From Candidatus Latescibacterota bacterium (GTDB lineage: Bacteria > Latescibacterota > UBA2968 > GCA-2709665), in the NCBI GenBank assembly GCA_963667175.2, contig CAXXXF010000006.1:160001-224000 (forward strand): a stretch of DNA of 64,000 nucleotides, given 5' to 3'. Position 1 is the stretch's first letter; every line of letters starts with the position of its first letter. Under the pieces are notes generated by a model. The model was given only the letters and a program-made list of their open reading frames with translations. It had not been told where the DNA came from and did not search any database. Made by a program: the position numbers and the translations under genes. Positions 10,407-19,552 of the stretch are shown piece after piece.

Positions 10407-10916
10407 ATGATTAAGGAAAATGTCCAGGCTGCCTTGAACGAGCAGCTGAATTCCGAACTGTATGCCTCCTATTATTATCTTTCGATGTCCGCCTACTTTC
10501 ATGCCGCCAACCTGACGGGTTTCGCCTCCTGGATGCGCGCGCAGTCCCACGAGGAATTGATGCACGCGATGAAGATCTACGACTTTATCAACGACCGCGA
10601 GGGCGAGGTGGCCCTCACCACGATCGCGGCGCCCAAACGGCGATGGGATGATTCCCTGGCGGCATTCGAAGATGCTTATCAGCACGAAAAGGCGGTGACC
10701 GCCCAGATATACGACCTGGTCGATCTGAGCGTCTCGGAAAGAGATCACGCCACCAACACTTTCCTGCAGTGGTTCGTGACCGAACAGGTTGAAGAAGAGG
10801 CCACCGCAAGCGATATCGTCAACAAGCTGAAACTGGTCGGCAACGACGGCAATGGCCTGTTCATCCTGGATCGTGATCTGGGTGCTCGAGGCCCGGAAAC
10901 CGAAGAAGAGGATTAA
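10407..10916 (+). CDS. ftnA: Non-heme ferritin
   Basis: LNEQLNSE..A.Y.Y, EE..HA, FLQWFVTEQVEEE ferroxidase residues; AAGGAGG RBS. Confidence 0.93.
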   Translation: MIKENVQAALNEQLNSELYASYYYLSMSAYFHAANLTGFASWMRAQSHEELMHAMKIYDFINDREGEVALTTIAAPKRRWDDSLAAFEDAYQHEKAVTAQIYDLVDLSVSERDHATNTFLQWFVTEQVEEEATASDIVNKLKLVGNDGNGLFILDRDLGARGPETEEED

Positions 10917-10994
10917 ACAGTAAGGCCGTCCGGCTGTCCCTCCGGCGAAACGCTCCATTGCGATTTCTTCGTAGAAAAAAATCCTCGTTCCTGT

Positions 10995-11024
10995 ATTGAC
11001 AAATCGTCAATCGTATGTTATCTT
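10995..11024 (+). promoter_or_regulatory. Sigma-70 promoter with an operator-like palindrome over the -35 box
   Basis: TTGACA-17 nt-TATCTT with TG extended -10; ATTGAC-N5-GTCAAT inverted repeat. Confidence 0.65.
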
Positions 11025-11037
11025 GCTATTTCACAGG

Positions 11038-11300
11038 GCTTTCTGTACATAGAAAGTCACGAAGGCAAGTTCGGTAGTCGGAGTCGAACCCGGTTTCACC
11101 CGCCACCCCTCGGCATTGAAACGTAGATTCCGGCGAACAACAACCCTTCGGCCGGGTACGCCCCGGGCGGAGAACCCAGGATTCCGTACCAGGAAGTCGC
11201 ATCGGGAAACGTTACCCCTAAACGGTTCCCGGTTGGATCTTCAACGTTCCCCGCGGGTTCAACGCCTCGCCCCGAGAGGAGTTGAACTTTCCGAAGTTTC
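11038..11300 (+). ncRNA. Candidate structured leader RNA / attenuator upstream of the sigma factor
   Basis: Hairpins at 11038-11057, 11130-11155, 11201-11233 and 11256-11288, the last followed by a pyrimidine tract; no credible ORF. Confidence 0.4.
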
Positions 11301-11500
11301 TTTCTCCCTTTTTCGTTTCCTCCCCTTGCCAGATTGTGTTGTTCACGTTCACGGTCGGCACATTCGAACCTGTGTGTCGCGGGTAGTGTGTTTTGCCCGA
11401 CCAGGATCTGTCCTCGCGCGAGTACCGGGCGTATCCGGATGGATCGAATGACGTCGGGTACCGGCACGCAGACGACCGCACCATTGTTGGGGGGAAAGAA

Positions 11501-12382
11501 ATGCCTGCAACAGCAACGAGCCAGCAGAATGGAATCTCGTCACGGGGAAAAAAGCGGTCAGCACTTGAGCTCTATCTCAAGGACATCGCCTATAACGATT
11601 TGCTGACGCCACAACAGGAAGTGGCATTGGCCAAGCGTATCAGGGCCGGAGACCGAAAGAGCCTGGAACAGATGGTCGAGTCCAACCTTCGATTCGTCAT
11701 CACCATCGCCAAGGAATATCAGGGACGGGGCTTGCCCCTTGAAGATTTGATTGCCGAGGGTAATCTGGGGTTGGTTCGCGCGGCGACGCGGTACGATGAG
11801 ACGGTTGGTGTCAAGTTTACAACCTATGCAGTCTGGTGGATTCGGCAGGGCATTCTCTCATCGCTTGCGGAAAAGGCCCGAATGGTCCGCCTGCCCGTGA
11901 ACAAAATCAAGCACCTGTGCCGGATGGAAAGGATTGCCTCAAACCTCAAACAGAAACTCGGCAGAGAGCCGAGCATCGACGAGATCGCGGTGGGGGCGGA
12001 CATGCAGCCCAAACAGGCGCAGGACCTGCTGAACGCTTCGCGTTGGCACGTGTCCCTGGATATGCCGCTGGAAGAGGGTCCCGATTCGTCTCTGCTCGAA
12101 GTGCTCGAAGACAAGGACCAGGTATCGCCCGAAAACGAAGTGATGGAACAGGCGATGGCCGATGAGATTCGCGCCGCGCTGGATACCCTGTCTTCCCGCG
12201 AAGCGCGTATCTTGCGGCTTTATTTCGGCATCAATGGTCAGGACACCATGACGCTGGAACAGATCGGCAATCAACTAAGCCTCACAAAGGAACGCGTCCG
12301 GCAGATTCGGGACAAGGCCCTTGCCGCGCTGAAACATCCGTCGCGAATGCGGAAGATCCGCGCATACCTTACGGAGAACTGA
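11501..12382 (+). CDS. RNA polymerase sigma-70 factor (RpoD/RpoS-like, lacks region 1.1)
   Basis: YLKDI, NLRFV..IAK.Y, DLIAEGNLGL, KFTTYAVWWIRQ, TLEQIG...LTKERVRQI. Confidence 0.95.
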   Translation: MPATATSQQNGISSRGKKRSALELYLKDIAYNDLLTPQQEVALAKRIRAGDRKSLEQMVESNLRFVITIAKEYQGRGLPLEDLIAEGNLGLVRAATRYDETVGVKFTTYAVWWIRQGILSSLAEKARMVRLPVNKIKHLCRMERIASNLKQKLGREPSIDEIAVGADMQPKQAQDLLNASRWHVSLDMPLEEGPDSSLLEVLEDKDQVSPENEVMEQAMADEIRAALDTLSSREARILRLYFGINGQDTMTLEQIGNQLSLTKERVRQIRDKALAALKHPSRMRKIRAYLTEN

Positions 12383-12387
12383 GCATC

Positions 12388-12816
12388 GTGGCACACGATA
12401 CGGGCAAGAATCCGGAAACTTCGTTAAGGGGCGCCGTGTCCCCCGTTCTGGACGTCGTGGGGGTGCATCACATCACCCTCGTCGTGCGCAACGTGAGTCA
12501 GTCCAGGTCCTTTTACGAGAAATTTCTGGGCCTGGACCCCATTCCGCGGCCCGATTACGATTTCGAAGGCGCCTGGTATCAATGCGGAGGCGTGGAAATA
12601 CACCTCCTTGTTGCGGAAGAACACCCGGATCCGTCGAGGCGTCACATCGCGCTTGAAGTCACCGACTTTGAGCGCGTGATCAAATCTCTCGACGGCGAGT
12701 GGGTGCACGTCGTGGGCGGTCCGGGCGTCAGACCGCACGACGGAAGCCGGTTCGTGTTTCTCCAGGACCCCGATGGGAATCTGATAGAAATCACCTGCCG
12801 GGACACAAAAGAGTAA
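12388..12816 (+). CDS. VOC/glyoxalase family protein
   Basis: HHITL.V....S..FY...LG, HIAL.V, F.QDPDGN.IE. Confidence 0.88.
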   Translation: MAHDTGKNPETSLRGAVSPVLDVVGVHHITLVVRNVSQSRSFYEKFLGLDPIPRPDYDFEGAWYQCGGVEIHLLVAEEHPDPSRRHIALEVTDFERVIKSLDGEWVHVVGGPGVRPHDGSRFVFLQDPDGNLIEITCRDTKE

Positions 12817-12843
12817 GATTGAATTGCCGGTGGAAGCAGAATG

Positions 12844-12884
12844 GGCAACGGGCCGCGACAGCTGTCGCGGCCCGTTGCCTTTTT
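12844..12884 (+). terminator. Rho-independent terminator
   Basis: Perfect 36-bp palindrome GGCAACGGGCCGCGACAG-CTGTCGCGGCCCGTTGCC followed by a T run, between convergent genes. Confidence 0.8.
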
Positions 12885-12906
12885 GGCGCGGCAGGAAAAC
12901 AACGAG

Positions 12907-14358
12907 CTACGAGCCCTTTCCCGCCCGCAGCACGGGCTTTCGCGCGGCCGTTGCTTCGTCTAGTCGCCGTACGGGCGTGTGGTGCGGGGCACTGTGCAAC
13001 AGTTCGGGGGTCTTCTCCGCTTCGCCCGCAATACGGATCATAGCCTCGACAAATTCGTCAATCTGCTCCAGGCTCTCTGTCTCCGTGGGTTCAATCAGCA
13101 TCGCTTCCGGCGCAACCCTGGGCAGCGGAAAATAAATCGTAGGCGGATGATGGCCATAGTCGATCAGTCTCTTGGCGATATCCAGGGCGCTTACGCCACT
13201 GGCCTTCTTCTGCCGCGACGCCGAGAACACCATTTCGTGCATGGGCTGCGCCGATTTGGGTCGATCGAAGGTTCCATCCAGGCGGCTGGCGATATAATTC
13301 GCGTTCAGAACGGCCATTTCGCTTGTACGCCGCATGCCTTCGGCGCCCAGCATTCTGGCGTAGACGTAGGCGCGGATCACCATCCCGAAATTGCCGAAAA
13401 ACGTACTGACCTTGCCGATCGACCGCGGGCGATCGTAGTCCAGCCCGAAGAGATCGCCGTTTCTCGTGACGACGGGGACGGGGAGAAAGGGCAGCAGCGC
13501 TTCCTTTACACCGACCGGCCCGGACCCCGGCCCGCCGCCCCCATGCGGGGTGGTGAAAGTCTTGTGCAAGTTGACGTGGACGACGTCGAAACCCATATCT
13601 CCGGGCCTGCATTGTCCCAGGAATGCGTTTAGATTGGCGCCATCGTAGTAGAGCAACCCGCCGCCGTCGTGGACCACCTGCTGAATCTCCACGATTTCAT
13701 CCTCGAACACGCCGAATGTATTGGGATTGGTCAGCATCAATCCCGCGACGCGATCGTTCATCTTTGCTTTCAGATCCGCGACGTCAACGGTCCCGCGGCC
13801 CGTAGACTTCAATGTCTCCACCCGAAAGCCGCACATCGCCGCGGTCGCGGGGTTTGTTCCGTGAGCGGAATCCGGGATCAGCACGATCTGCCTGGGATCC
13901 TGCCTCTCGCGGTGGTACGCTGCGATCAGAGAGATGCCGACGAATTCACCCTGCGCTCCGGCAGCCGGTTGAAACGTAAAGCCGTCCATTCCCGTTACGG
14001 CGGCCAATATCCCGTCCATTTCCCACAGTACGCGTAACGCCGCCTGGGAGGAAACTGCATCCGCGAGGGGGTGCAATCCCGCGAAATCGGGCAGACGCGC
14101 GGCGCGTTCGTGTATTTTGGGATTGTACTTCATCGTACACGAACCCAGCGGATAGAACGCGGTGTCAATGCTGAAGTTCATGGTCGATAGATTCACGTAA
14201 TGCCGTACCAGTTCCAGTTCGCTGACTTCAGGCAGCGCGGGCGCGTCTTTCCGATACATTTCGTCCGGTATGGGTACAACCGGATCGCCCGCATCCGGGA
14301 ACGTCGCACAACGCCGCCCCGATTCACCGCGTTCAAATATCAGAAGATCCCGATCCAT
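12907..14358 (-). CDS. gcvPB: Glycine dehydrogenase (decarboxylating) subunit 2
   Basis: YPLGSCTMKYNP, PAAGAQGE, SAHGTNPA, HVNLHKTFTTPHGGGGPG. Confidence 0.97.
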   Translation of the reverse strand: MDRDLLIFERGESGRRCATFPDAGDPVVPIPDEMYRKDAPALPEVSELELVRHYVNLSTMNFSIDTAFYPLGSCTMKYNPKIHERAARLPDFAGLHPLADAVSSQAALRVLWEMDGILAAVTGMDGFTFQPAAGAQGEFVGISLIAAYHRERQDPRQIVLIPDSAHGTNPATAAMCGFRVETLKSTGRGTVDVADLKAKMNDRVAGLMLTNPNTFGVFEDEIVEIQQVVHDGGGLLYYDGANLNAFLGQCRPGDMGFDVVHVNLHKTFTTPHGGGGPGSGPVGVKEALLPFLPVPVVTRNGDLFGLDYDRPRSIGKVSTFFGNFGMVIRAYVYARMLGAEGMRRTSEMAVLNANYIASRLDGTFDRPKSAQPMHEMVFSASRQKKASGVSALDIAKRLIDYGHHPPTIYFPLPRVAPEAMLIEPTETESLEQIDEFVEAMIRIAGEAEKTPELLHSAPHHTPVRRLDEATAARKPVLRAGKGS

Positions 14359-15695
14359 CAGAGTTCTCTCCAGGCCTCAACCAGTCGCGCGACGTCCGCT
14401 TCCGTCTTGGTTTCGGTGACGCATGTCAAGACGCACCGCTCCAATTCGGGGAAGAACCGTCCCAGATCGATGCCGCCGGCGATCCCCATTTCCCGCAGCG
14501 ACTGAAGCGCTTCACGGGCAGGACGGGTCGTTTCGATCACGAACTCGTTGAACGACGCGCCGGAGAACTTCAGGGATAGCCCATCGACGTCGCTCAGAGC
14601 GGACGCCGCTTCGTGACTGCGGTTCCAGTTCAGCGTTCCCACTTCCCGCAGGCCATTCGGACCCAGCGACGCAAGATAGACGGTCGCGGCTGTCGCGCAC
14701 AGCGTCTGATTCGTGCAGATATTCGAGGTCGCCCGTTCCCGGCGAATATGCTGTTCGCGCGTTTGAAGCGTCATCACGAACCCCCGCCTCCCGTCCGCGT
14801 CGGTCGTCTGACCGACCACCCGCCCGGGCATCCGTCGAATATGCTGTTCGCGCGTGGCGAACATCCCCACGTAAGGCCCCCCGTAGGACATCGGCAGACC
14901 CAGCGGCTGACCGTCGCCCACGACAATGTCCGCTCCAAAGTCTCCCGGCGGCCGGATCACCCCCAACGAAATCGGATTCACCGCCGCGACATACGCGGTC
15001 TTGTGATTCTGCAACAGGCTTCCCAATGCTTCCAGCGGTTCCAGCACGCCCACGAAATTCGGATTCTGCACGACGACCGCGGCGGTGTCGTCGTTCAACG
15101 CCGACGCCACCCGTTCCAGGTCGATCGTTCCCGTATCCGTCCAGGGTATCTCGACCAAATCCAATCCGATGCCGTGTACATACGTCTCGACGACACGCCG
15201 GTAGAAGGGGTGCAGGCTGCGCGGCAGCAGCACCCGGCCGCCGTCGTTGATCCTCACCGCCATCATCACCGCCTCGGCAAGGGCGGAGGCGCCGTCGTAC
15301 ATGGAGGCATTGGCCACCTCCATGCCGGTCAATTCGCAGACCATGGTCTGAAATTCGAAAATCGCCCGCAACGTACCCTGGCTCACCTCCGCCTGATACG
15401 GTGTATAGGCCGTGTAGAACTCGCTGCGCGAAATCATCGCATCCACGACGCTGGGCGTAAAGTGCTCGTAGGCGCCCCCGCCCACGAACGAAAGCGCGGG
15501 CGTCTGCTCCCGCGCCGATCGGGCGAGATCCTGCACCAGGCCCAGCGCCTCCATTTCGCTGATCCCGGCGGGCAGGTCCAGGGACCGCAGCCGAAGGGTT
15601 TCCGGGACGGGATCGAACAGCGCCGACGTCGAATCGATCCCGATCGTTTCCAGCATTTTCTGTATATCTTGATCCGTATGCGGAGTGTAATTCAC
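14358..15695 (-). CDS. gcvPA: Glycine dehydrogenase (decarboxylating) subunit 1
   Basis: FYTAYTPYQAEVSQG, NASMYDGA, TREQHIRRERATSNICTN; GTG start inferred. Confidence 0.97.
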   Translation of the reverse strand: MNYTPHTDQDIQKMLETIGIDSTSALFDPVPETLRLRSLDLPAGISEMEALGLVQDLARSAREQTPALSFVGGGAYEHFTPSVVDAMISRSEFYTAYTPYQAEVSQGTLRAIFEFQTMVCELTGMEVANASMYDGASALAEAVMMAVRINDGGRVLLPRSLHPFYRRVVETYVHGIGLDLVEIPWTDTGTIDLERVASALNDDTAAVVVQNPNFVGVLEPLEALGSLLQNHKTAYVAAVNPISLGVIRPPGDFGADIVVGDGQPLGLPMSYGGPYVGMFATREQHIRRMPGRVVGQTTDADGRRGFVMTLQTREQHIRRERATSNICTNQTLCATAATVYLASLGPNGLREVGTLNWNRSHEAASALSDVDGLSLKFSGASFNEFVIETTRPAREALQSLREMGIAGGIDLGRFFPELERCVLTCVTETKTEADVARLVEAWREL

Positions 15696-15732
15696 GGACA
15701 GGACCTCGAATATTGAAACGGTTCGGGGATTT

Positions 15733-16455
15733 CTACCTCTTCCGATACGTATAATCCAAAGCGTCTCCGGGTTGCCACCCCAGAATCCGCTTTGCTTTCT
15801 CGTTTGAAAACTGCCCGTGCGGGCGATCGCTGAAGATATTGAACGCCTCGCATCGAGACGGCAATACGTCCAGCTCAATGGTCAATCCGGACACGAACGC
15901 CGCGGCCGCGTCGCGCCACGATACCAGAAACGACCAGTCCCGGGCCGGCTCGGCCGACGCGTCGTGATCCCGGAAGATGTAGAACAGATAACACAACACG
16001 TAGACGTCGCTCTGCAACGTAAAGATCCGGCAGATTTCCTGGCCCAGCCCCTTTGACAGCGCATACAGATTCGTACCGGGCTTCGGCGGCACGTCCGGGC
16101 CGATTCCATAGTCCCACGCCTCATAGGGCTCGCCCTGTACCGTAAAATGCGGCCCCGTGTTGATGACGCGCCGGATTCCGTTCCCGACCGCCGCGCGCAT
16201 GACGTTGTAGCACCCCAGGGTGTTCACGTCGAACGCGGTTTTCCGATGCGGACGCAGGACCGACAGGTTGACGATCGCGTCCATCCCCTCGGCAGCCCGC
16301 ATCACGGCATCCGGATCCGCCACGTCCACGGGCATCATCTCGTGGGGCGTTTCGAACGGCTCGAGATCGGTGACTCGCAGGGCCACGCGCCCTTCAAGCG
16401 CCTTCACGACGTGCGGCCCCAGCATCCCGTTGCCGCCGTAAATCACGACTTTCAT
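15733..16455 (-). CDS. NAD(P)-dependent epimerase/dehydratase family protein (paralog 2)
   Basis: GGNGMLG and YALSK (YxxxK). Confidence 0.88.
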   Translation of the reverse strand: MKVVIYGGNGMLGPHVVKALEGRVALRVTDLEPFETPHEMMPVDVADPDAVMRAAEGMDAIVNLSVLRPHRKTAFDVNTLGCYNVMRAAVGNGIRRVINTGPHFTVQGEPYEAWDYGIGPDVPPKPGTNLYALSKGLGQEICRIFTLQSDVYVLCYLFYIFRDHDASAEPARDWSFLVSWRDAAAAFVSGLTIELDVLPSRCEAFNIFSDRPHGQFSNEKAKRILGWQPGDALDYTYRKR

Positions 16456-17212
16456 AACTGTCTCCCGCGTCGGCCGGGTCGGATTCCCCGGGATTTTTAA
16501 TGTAAGTGTACTCCAGTCCGTCCCGGGGTTGCCATCCCAGGACCCGCCCGGCCTTCCCGTTTGTAAAATGCCCGTGCGGTCGATCGCCGAGAATATCGAA
16601 CACCTCGCACCGCGACGGCAGACGCTCCAGCGGGATCTTCAGTCCCGGCAGGAACGCGGCCGCCGCATCCCGCCACGTCACGACAAAGGACCGGTCATGA
16701 ACCGGCTGCGAAGACGCATCGTGATCGCGAAAACTCCAGAAGAGGTAGCACAATACGTACACGTCGTAATTCGACGCGAATATCCGGCAGACTTCCTGGC
16801 CCAGGCCCTTGGACAACGCATACAGGTTCGTACCGGGCCTCGGGGGGATGTCCGGACCGATGTGATAGTCCCAGTCCACGTAGGATGGGCCCTGCAGGGT
16901 ATAGTGGGGCCCCGTGTTGATGACGCGCCGGATCCCGTGCCCGACCGCCGCGCGCATGACGTTGTAGCACCCCAGGGTGTTCACGTCGAACGCGACCTTT
17001 CGATGCGGTCTGAGGACCGACAGGTTGATGATCGCGTCCATCCGCTCGGCAGCCCGCATCACGGCGTCCGGGTCCGCAACGTCCACGGGCATCATCTCGT
17101 GGGGCGTTTCGAACGGATCCAGATCGGTGATCCGCAGGGCCGCGTGACCCTCCAGGGCCTTTACCACGTGGGGTCCCAGCATGCCGTTGCCGCCGTAGAT
17201 AACGACTTTCAT
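16394..17212 (-). CDS. NAD(P)-dependent epimerase/dehydratase family protein (paralog 1)
   Basis: Near-identical N-terminus to 15733..16455; GGNGMLG, YALSK. Confidence 0.88.
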   Translation of the reverse strand: MKVVIYGGNGMLGPHVVKALEGHAALRITDLDPFETPHEMMPVDVADPDAVMRAAERMDAIINLSVLRPHRKVAFDVNTLGCYNVMRAAVGHGIRRVINTGPHYTLQGPSYVDWDYHIGPDIPPRPGTNLYALSKGLGQEVCRIFASNYDVYVLCYLFWSFRDHDASSQPVHDRSFVVTWRDAAAAFLPGLKIPLERLPSRCEVFDILGDRPHGHFTNGKAGRVLGWQPRDGLEYTYIKNPGESDPADAGDSYESRDLRRQRDAGAARREGA

Positions 17213-17272
17213 AGCTGTCTCCACAGCCAGTCCGATCTGACCGGCTGATGTCCTGTCCCTGATATCAGTTGC

Positions 17273-17917
17273 CTAAATACCCAGCGCGTTTTTGGCCTGG
17301 TTAATTGGAAACCTGGCGTTCTCCTTCTCCGACTGCACGTGCAGGACCCGCCACATGGGCCCGTCTTTCTCAAGCGCCCCGTTAATGGCACGGACCGCGT
17401 CGCCAACGGTCAACGCCGTGTCGCCTTCGCCTCCCACGTCGCCGAACCGCAAACACGTCACGCGCACCGAATGTTCCCGCGCAAATTCCCGGCACGTGAA
17501 TTCACCCAGGTACTTCCCCAAAGGCGCCGCGTCCGTCGACGGCCTCGGCGCCCACTGCTCCGTCACGTTCCAGTTCGGATCGCAAGTCTCGAAAAGGCTC
17601 AGCGAACTGAGGTAGACCACGTGGCGGACGTTTTTCTCCCGTGCGGCAACCATCAGATTGTACGTGCAACGCGTCTGGAAGTCGATCTCGCGCTCGTCAC
17701 TCCTCCGATCATCGGGCAGCTCCGCGACGTGCACGATCGCATCCATCCCGTCCACCAGGGACTCCGCCTCGCCGTCGTGGCCCAACTCACAACGGACAAA
17801 GGCGACATCCGTCTCCACGTCCTCGAGGTCCGTCAACGTCACCTCGTGCTCCCGCGACAGGTCCTCCGCCAGGGCCCGAGCAAGCGCCGTCCCCGCCGAT
17901 GTAATCAGTACTTTCAT
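17273..17917 (-). CDS. Divergent NAD(P)-dependent epimerase/dehydratase-like protein
   Basis: MKVLIT start, DAIVHVA, VVYLSS; glycine motif and catalytic Tyr degenerate. Confidence 0.75.
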   Translation of the reverse strand: MKVLITSAGTALARALAEDLSREHEVTLTDLEDVETDVAFVRCELGHDGEAESLVDGMDAIVHVAELPDDRRSDEREIDFQTRCTYNLMVAAREKNVRHVVYLSSLSLFETCDPNWNVTEQWAPRPSTDAAPLGKYLGEFTCREFAREHSVRVTCLRFGDVGGEGDTALTVGDAVRAINGALEKDGPMWRVLHVQSEKENARFPINQAKNALGI

Positions 17918-18035
17918 GAATCATACTCCTGTATTTGGAAATTCAATCTTGCCGTGTGCAGGGATACCTATTTCGCCAATTAAGGCAGGCAGTTCGGCCG
18001 TAACGGCCGCATTCCACTCCCATGCAAATCGCGAG

Positions 18036-18359
18036 CTACACGGCAACCACGCGTCTTTGTCCCTCGCCGCTATCTGACGGAATGATACGGATCTCAATAT
18101 CGCGATTCAGGCGAGTTAGAAATGTCATTAACCGCTCAACGCTGTAATGATTGAATTTTCCCCTCTTCAGCCGGGATATTTCAGGCTGTTTCACCCCAAG
18201 GATTTCCGCCGCCTCAGCCTGGGTCAGATTCCGTTTTCCGATTATCTGAAAGACCTCAAAACCGAGTGTTGCCTTGAGAAACAACTCTTCCGCGTCTGGT
18301 AAGTCCAGATCCTGAAACACGTTTCCTGAACTTTTCTCGATCTTGATCCTATCGCTCAT
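18036..18359 (-). CDS. XRE/HTH_37 antitoxin (HigA-like)
   Basis: SSGNVF.DL, LTQAEAAEILGVKQPEISRL, S.ERL. Confidence 0.9.
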   Translation of the reverse strand: MSDRIKIEKSSGNVFQDLDLPDAEELFLKATLGFEVFQIIGKRNLTQAEAAEILGVKQPEISRLKRGKFNHYSVERLMTFLTRLNRDIEIRIIPSDSGEGQRRVVAV

Positions 18360-18717
18360 AGTCCGCCTCCAGCTCCAGCGCCTTTCTCAGGCGTCGTCTG
18401 ATCAGATCGACCTCTCTCAAGGGAGTCCTGGCTCCACGTGTTGATTTTTTCTGAAAACAATGCAATACATAAACCCTCGCGCCAATCTTTACTGCGTAGA
18501 CCGCGCGAAAAGCGTCCGTTTTATGATCCGCCCGAATCTCAAAGACGCCTGAGCCGACGCCCTTAAATGGTTTGGCCGCGGGAGACATGCTGCCCGCCTG
18601 CGCGATAAACAGAGCGTCACCGATATCCTTCTGAACCTGCGCCGGAAACTCCTTCAGCCTGGTTCTGGAGTCTCCAATCCAAAAGACCGTCCTCAAATTT
18701 CCTCGAGCACGAGACAT
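18349..18717 (-). CDS. RelE/Gp49-family toxin (HigB-like, upstream of its antitoxin)
   Basis: KPFKG.G.GV.EIR, FR.VY, YVLHCFQKKS. Confidence 0.9.
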   Translation of the reverse strand: MSRARGNLRTVFWIGDSRTRLKEFPAQVQKDIGDALFIAQAGSMSPAAKPFKGVGSGVFEIRADHKTDAFRAVYAVKIGARVYVLHCFQKKSTRGARTPLREVDLIRRRLRKALELEADYER

Positions 18718-18722
18718 TAAAT

Positions 18723-18751
18723 ATTATAACCAAATGGATATAAATTGTCAA
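18723..18751 (-). promoter_or_regulatory. Consensus sigma-70 promoter of the toxin-antitoxin operon
   Basis: TTGACA-17 nt-TATAAT on the minus strand, 5 nt before the toxin ATG. Confidence 0.85.
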
Positions 18752-18851
18752 GCGATGCGTAAATTGCACGGTCCAGGCGGCCCGTGCATCAGAGACGAGA
18801 GGTGCCCGGCCGAACAAACAGAATCCGGACGTTCGATCGGGCATCGCGGGT

Positions 18852-19370
18852 TCAAAGGTACTGATAATACGTTACCTGGGGCTGCGCAATGTTGAATCCC
18901 ACTTTCTCGTAGGCACGGCGGGCGGGGGCGTGGCCCTCGTCCAACCCGGTCCCCACGGCGGCGAACCGAAGGCCTTCAGATCGAAAAAGGTCCAATGCGT
19001 ACCGATACATCGCCGTACCGATCCCCTTTCCCTGTATTTCGAGGGCCACCGCGTTGTTCGTGATTCTACCCAGCGACTTCCCCCGATCGATCGAAAACGT
19101 CAGAAACGCGACCACCCTCGCCGTCTCCACCCTCTCAATAACCCGGAACCAGTCGGGATGTCGATTCCAGTGCCCGTGCACCGCAGCCGTCTTCTCCGCC
19201 TCCCAGTTCTCACACAACACGGCGTGCATTTCCCGGCCCATGATTCCGGCGGTACTGTCGTGAATCCGCTGCCACGCCTGCCTGGCGATCTCGCCCACCC
19301 GATCCAGGTCTGCCGGACCTGCGTGTCGGATTTGAAACCCCGGGGCGAGTTCGGCGTTCGGACGGCTCAT
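18852..19370 (-). CDS. GNAT family N-acetyltransferase
   Basis: AV..E.QGKGIG acetyl-CoA motif, PARRAYEKVGF. Confidence 0.88.
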   Translation of the reverse strand: MSRPNAELAPGFQIRHAGPADLDRVGEIARQAWQRIHDSTAGIMGREMHAVLCENWEAEKTAAVHGHWNRHPDWFRVIERVETARVVAFLTFSIDRGKSLGRITNNAVALEIQGKGIGTAMYRYALDLFRSEGLRFAAVGTGLDEGHAPARRAYEKVGFNIAQPQVTYYQYL

Positions 19371-19552
19371 CAGACCTCCTGGCGGTCCTTGATTTCCCTG
19401 CGGAAAATTCCGCTCGTCTCCACTGGACAAATACACGGCATTCCGGAGCCGGCCTCGCCGTTCCTCAAATACAAAGGCGTTGACTTTCACCGGCGAGGCG
19501 ATATCTTGAAATCGATTCCAATATCCCGTAACGTACGAAAGGAGCGCTTCAC

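Noticed and set aside
11080-11093. GGAGTCGAACCC, the reverse complement of a tRNA/tmRNA T-loop
   Set aside because: The T-stem does not extend beyond 2 bp, and no acceptor stem or CCA end is present
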